NCBI GenBank assembly: GCA_002269645.1
Contig: NIVC01000396.1
Coordinates: 372,001 to 436,000 of the forward strand
Direction of reading: 5' to 3'
Origin: Macrostomum lignano
Taxonomy: Eukaryota
DNA: 64,000 nucleotides
Shown here: positions 58,432 through 64,000 of the stretch, one piece after another
Layout: each line of letters begins with the position of its first letter
How positions within the stretch are numbered: position 1 is the first letter of the stretch
Made by a program: the position numbers and the translations under genes
The notes under the pieces: model-generated
What the model was told of the DNA's origin: nothing
The model's input: only the letters and a program-made list of their open reading frames with translations
The model's database searches: none

Positions 58432-60954
58432 GAAGAAGACAAAAGTACAAGTTGAAGCATTTCCAGCGCGAGGACACGCAGCTGCTTTAGCTGTGTTTGC
58501 TTGGCTCGGAGGGGAATTATTGTCAAATAATACTGCCTGCCGGTTTGGTGGCATCCGCTCAGAACCTGTGGTCTTGAGGAAGGACTTGCTCAGCAAGGTC
58601 ACCTTCGATTCTGCTCGGCCCCCCAGTTGATTGACAGGCGCCCTTATATTGTCGCACTGTGAGTCCCCACCTCACTTCATTGCCTCTTTTGTCTCTATAG
58701 AGTCTCTGGGGGAAGACGAACCCTCCCTACGGTTGAGCACCTCCGTTGCGTCTTGAGTTCCAGGCCCAGTGGTCTCGCTTTCTCCTCGTTTCTATCTGTC
58801 CCGCTCTCGCCATTTTGTCTGGCCAGCCGCGGCTGTCACGGCTAGTGGGACACGGCTAGACAGGCGCTGGCAATTGACAATGAAGAATTGGGGCTCTTTG
58901 ACTGACAGCTGCCTCTCACCGGCGTCTCGGCCTTCCCCCTGAGCCTGTCTCCCCTAAAAACCCTCCAATTACCAATTTTCGGCTAGCAAGGTTTTTAATC
59001 GGGGGGGGGGGGTGTAGCAGCCCAGCCCGCAGGTCTCTTGAGGTAAAAGGAAGTGAAATGCCGGGAGACGAGAGGGAGGTGGCAGGTTTTGGGGTGGGGT
59101 GAGGAGGCTGCAGCTAGAGGGAAGAGGCGATCTGGGGCTTGTGGTGTAGGCCTGCGGGCCAGCTCCGCAGGCATGACTCACATTGAAGTCCTAGCCCGGC
59201 TCCTGCTGCAATAGCGCTGGCTGAGGTCTCGGTTTCCATTAAGTTTCGGTTTTCAGCTCTTTGAGGTGGGGTGAGCTGCAGCAGCTCTGTTTTATGCCAG
59301 CGGGAAGTCCCGCAGCCGGTCCTGCTGCTCAGAGCGCCACAGTCTGGTTCCATTAAGTTTCACTTTTCTCTCAGCTGCAGGCAGCTGTGGCTTTTTCAAA
59401 TTGCTACGCAACTTCTGCGCTGCGTAGTGTTGTGTGTGTGTGAGGGGGAATGGGGCGAGGGAGAAAGTTGGAGGGCTGGGGTGAGCCCTGGGAAGGATTT
59501 GGCAATGGAAAGTGGAAGCTGGCAGTATCCGCACGAGCCTGACTGACACATGCCAAAAGCGACAGTCCTGAATTAGTCATTGGCTGCCTCCCTGCTCCAC
59601 CTCCGCCCGTTAAAACTCTGCTCTGGTCACTGCCCGCCCGCCAGTTTCCAACTGTTATTCATCCTGACCGTAGTTGGAGGGATTCGAAGGCTTGCTATAT
59701 ACCTGCTGAATCCCAATCAGGTCTAGGCCGGTACACTTACCCTTGGGAACTAAGCACAAATAAAATAACAAAAGTGGTTGGAATTTTCCGGACACCCGAA
59801 GCCAGAAGTTCTGGGAATAAACACAGGACCGAGAAGACCGAGAAGACCATCGCCGCTAAGATAATAGGGGGAGGGGGCAGGGGGCCAAGGTCATTGGTGG
59901 AAGCTGATCCCTTCGCCACTAACCTCTCCCATCTGTCTGCCCCTTTTCTTCCGCCTTCTGATCTCAAATTTCCTGGAAAACATTTCTCGGGGCTCTGCCC
60001 TGCGGTATAATATTAATAATAATAATCTAATGCGAATATTTACTTATACTTTTTATGTAGATATACACAAGTGGGGCTCGCACAGCAATTGCCAGGCTAA
60101 AATGAAAATGAAATAAAATGAAATCATATCTGATTAAACAGAACGATGTGCCGATTGGCCTGTTTTTGCAGCCTCAGCCGCTACCCCCCCCCTCCTCTGG
60201 GTCCCGCTGGTCCTTCCTTGATCCCCACCGAAAGAGCTGGGGGAGATTGCCTGCCCCTCCGCCGCAGGTAGGGGATAAATACGGACTGCCCCATAGACCA
60301 TCCATTGTTGTATTCATTATCTATGATTGGAAGCAATTATCACTGACTGCCCACCCGATAATTTTGGTAACAAAACACCAACTTTGAATGGACTTCGATC
60401 CGCCAGCAACTCGCTGCCTCTTTCTCTCTACCCATCATCATGCGACACGCTTGAGCTGAGTTGAGTTAAGTTGCCTTTTTCACGGTTCAACTGAGGACGA
60501 GTTGGATGGATCCAGCGACTTCTTTGCCTTCCCGCCTTGAGTTTGCCGGACCCGAGTTTTAAAAAAAGCAGAAAGTGGCCAAGGAGGACTCAATTTGCTA
60601 AACTTCTGCTTTCAGTTTTTTCTCTCTACTCTCTGAGGAAGGTGCTGAAGTTGAAGGTGCCCGGGTAGGCACGCGAGGAGGGCCCGGTAGAGCTGAGAAC
60701 CCCCCCCCCCGGATGCCGTTGCGTGAGCAGCCCGTGAAAGCTTTTTGGTTTCTCTTCCCATCTCCCTTATCTCAGATCCACCCGCGCGCCTTCTTGTGGC
60801 AAGAATTGAGACCGCTGCTTTGAGGGAAGCGCTAGGAGGCTGGCCCAGGTACGGCAATTAGCAGGTGTTTAAGAGGCTGCGTTTCGTTTCTCCTTGTAGT
60901 AGAACAGCACTGTTAAAGCTTTCTAACAAAAAGGTAAACAAATAAGATGGAAAA

Positions 60955-61530
60955 CCCTGAGTTTTCACGAGGTTCCTGAGTCCCCATGAGTTTTCCGAGT
61001 GTCCTGAGTCCCCATGAGTTTTCCCGAGTGTCCTGAGTCCCATGAGTTTCCCGAGTGTCCTGAGTCCCTGAGTTTTCCGAGTGTCCTGAGTCCCCTGAGT
61101 TTTCACGAGGTTCCTGAGTCCCACTGAGTTTTCACGAGGTTCCTGAGTCCCTCTGAGTTTTCAGTTCCTGAGTCCCACTGAGTTTTTCACGAGGTTCCTG
61201 AGTCCCTGAGTTTCACGAGGTTCCTGAGTCCCACTGAGTTTTCACGAGGTCCTGAGTCCTGAGTTTTCCCGAGTGTCCTGAGTCCCATGAGTTTCCGTGT
61301 TCCTGAGTCCCATGAGTTTTCCGAGTGTCCTGAGTCCCATGAGTTTTCCCGAGTGTCCTGAGTCCCCCGAGTTTACCTGAGTTTTCCGAGTTTCCTGAGT
61401 CCTCTGAGTTTCTTGTCTTGAGTCCCCTGAGTTTTCCCGAGTGTCCTGAGGTTTATCGTATTTCCTGAGTTTCCCGATTTTCCTCTCCAAGTTTTCCTAA
61501 ATCCCCATCTGAGTCTCCAGATTCCCTCTG
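60955..61530. repeat. Degenerate 27-28-bp minisatellite (gagttttccgagtgtcctgagtcccat)
   Basis: Imperfect tandem units. Confidence 0.85.
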
Positions 61531-63894
61531 AGTTCCCTGATCCCACCCAGCCCCCTGTCACCGCTGATCACCTGATCCTATTGTCTACCAGAGCGTTCCG
61601 CTTCAAGCCTGCCTTGCTTAGCCTCCTCAGCGGCTCCCGCTCTGCACCTCATTAGAGGCCAGATGGATATCTGTGGCTGGCCTAAGAGCCTGCAGGAGCT
61701 GATCGCTGGCGAGTGAACTGTTGCGCTTGTAAATCCTTCTTTAGTTCGATAGTCCCCAGTTAGCGGCGGCAAGCCGGGATTATTAGCGGGGTCAAGGCCT
61801 CAAAGGGATGGAGCATCTTGGAGGGGGGGGGTTTGTCTCGGCCGCCACAGCCGCCGCCACCGCCGCCAGAGCCGTCGCCATCGTCTATCGTTTAGTTTTT
61901 TTTCCTTGGGAATGGGAGCCTGGAGAACCGCCGACTCAAACATAGAAGAAAGGGACAGACAGTTGGGGAGCTGAGCAGCAACTCATATATATTGTGCTCT
62001 AATAGTTTCTGTCTGCCTGTCTGGTCTACCGCTTTTGAAACTGTTTTGTAGCCGCCACCGCCGCAGCCGCCGGCGGGACTGGGAGCGGCTGAGCAAGGAC
62101 GGGTTGGGGGGGGGGGGGAACGGGGAAAATAGGAGTCCATCCAGGAGGCTCTCAAGTGAATCCCCGCGTCTCCCATTTCCCCGCCAGTCCTCAAATCCCC
62201 AGGTCGCCCCCCCCCCTGTGTCTGAGTCCGAGCTGTTTTGCGTGCTCAGAGTGATGTCACTCCGAGCCGCCTGGACAAGGGGGGGGGCGCGAACAGCTTT
62301 GCTCTCGCGCGTTGACAACCCCATCGGCCTCCTAATTCCTTGCCTGGCCCCAGCCTGAGCCCCGGCGACCGCCTGTCAATCAAGCGGCTCAGCCGTCGCC
62401 GCCGCCGCCGCCATCGTGTCGTGTCAGCCCTCCCTGCCCTGCCTCTCCCCGCCGGCTCTCGATGAGGATGCACCAGGCAGATGAGGCAGCGAGCAGGAGC
62501 CCCCATAAGCCTGCATGGAATGCTTTAAGCTACCCAGTGGAGTGGTGGCCTGAGTGCTTGCTTTCCATTGCGAGTGTCTGCCGCAGTGTCCTTCACTGCT
62601 TGTCCCTCCCTTCTCCCCGCCTCTCCGCCGGCCCTATCAAGCAAATTTTCTATTTTCCAACAAAATTTGCTTCTATTTTATCCATGAGCTGGACTTCCAC
62701 TTTCCCTGCCTGTCTACCTGTCCATCAACCTGTTCCATGGCTACCGCCCATCCCCCGGCCACCGCAGTAATGCAAACTTATTAATTATATGTTACAAGCA
62801 CTGTGGAGTTTGCTAACTTCTCTGCAAACTTGTTGCTCTCTGTGAGAGTTGGGCACTGGCGAGGACAGGGGGGGGGGGCGACCTCGGGCCGCGGCGGAGA
62901 GCCAGTCTAAGCGGGAGAGAAATTGCTGCAGCAAAAACTACGGCGATGAAGAGATGAGGAGATCGAAGGCGGTTCTCCCAGGCAGGGCGGGCATGGGGAC
63001 TCAACCTCCCCCTAATCTGGGGCAGCTCATTCCCAGTCTCCGGGCCAATGCAGTACAGTAAGTATTATTATAATTACTATCATACGCAGCCTCCTACTCA
63101 CTATCTGAGGAGTATCGGAAATCGATGCGGGACAAGAAATTAATGGGAGCCTGGACTGGCCCAGCAGCTCAAATCGAAGTTCCTGAGCCGTCGTGCTCGC
63201 TGTGGCACTGGGATTAAAGCAGTTTTTATCCCATTCGAGTGCAAAATCCGGTAGGGAAAATGAATAATCACAATAGTATAGTCAGTCACAGTCACGGTGT
63301 CTGTGCTCGGGTCAATGCACGGGTCAACACTACTAATTGGACCCAGGCTGGATCAGCTACTGCTCAACCTCTGACGGGACGATCGGTGAGGTGAACGAAA
63401 GTGTCCCTATGGCTACCTGGTTTTGGGCTAAGCTTAATGAAGCGAGTTGGTTCCCTAGCACCTGTTCAGTTCAATGCCTTGTTAAGATTCTCTCTCCATC
63501 TGTGTCTCCCTTGCATTCCTTCTCGCGAATTCCCTGCTCGAACTTCAACAGCCAGCACTTCTCAATCCCTGCAACTCAAGCCAGCCGCCTCCTTCGGCCT
63601 AACGAAGGCGCAGATCCGGAAGACTGTGACAGCAGGTAAAAGTGGGAAGTAGGTGGAACTCGTTAGCCAGGGAGGCGCCTGACTACCTTTAAACCATGGA
63701 CTTTAAGGAGCAATTCGAGGGAAGCTCTTAGCTAAGGATGCTGAACTACGATATTGATTTACCTGGAGCAGTGTGCAGCTCACTGCTCAGCTCTGGGGTC
63801 CGCCTCTCTGTCTGACTCAATATCAAAACTTATTAGACTATAGCGTAGTCAGGCTCCTGTTGCATAGGCTCTGTGTTATCGCTAAGTAGTCTGC

Positions 63895-64000
63895 ATATCT
63901 AGTCTAGTCTATATATATATATTCTAGTCTCTGTATCTAGTCTAGTCTCTATATCTATTCTAGTCTCTATATCTATTCTAGTCTCTGTATCTAGTCTAGT
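63895..64000. repeat. Start of a (tctagtctctRtatcta..) tandem repeat running off the window end
   Basis: Repeated tctagtc/tatcta motifs. Confidence 0.75.

Noticed and set aside
58560-64000. Vertebrate-like contaminant or chimeric join
   Set aside because: It contains the same style of minisatellites (60955-61530, 63895 onward), shows no sharp junction, and has no repeat I recognise as vertebrate. It cannot be fully excluded without BLAST.
1-64000. rRNA, tRNA, prokaryotic operons or defence systems
   Set aside because: No recognisable rRNA or tRNA sequence; all genes are spliced or eukaryotic-type.

Overview
Eukaryotic (animal) genomic DNA, not prokaryotic: GC-rich exons with poly-Ala/Gln runs, GT-AG introns and abundant tandem repeats. 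The style and the NPF-type peptide suggest a free-living flatworm such as Macrostomum; this is inference. Left to right: (1) a two-exon C2H2 zinc-finger gene of about 701 aa (+). (2) A 20-bp satellite holding a defective BEL/Pao LTR retrotransposon (-, 7396-15901, AGCAT TSD). Its 5' LTR is split by an intact long-TIR DD34D mariner, and a solo LTR with the same two insertion-site flanks sits 645 bp to the left. (3) An intronless NPF/NPY-like neuropeptide precursor (+) with atypical layout and a CCAAT/GC/TATA-like promoter. (4) An 11-exon, about 4,140-aa apolipophorin/vitellogenin-family large lipid transfer protein gene (-, 23565-46277) with a 7.6-kb internal exon. (5) A ROR receptor tyrosine kinase gene (-, 48961 to beyond 54822); its 5' exons are unresolved. 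(6) A non-coding, probably regulatory, 58.5-64 kb region. Every intron of the two large genes carries its own tandem repeat, one of them a hairpin array. Both large genes have an apparent 1-bp deletion in a G5 run, likely an assembly error. No rRNA, tRNA or CRISPR array is supported. Coordinates, exon phases and alignments were worked out by hand; no database searches were run.
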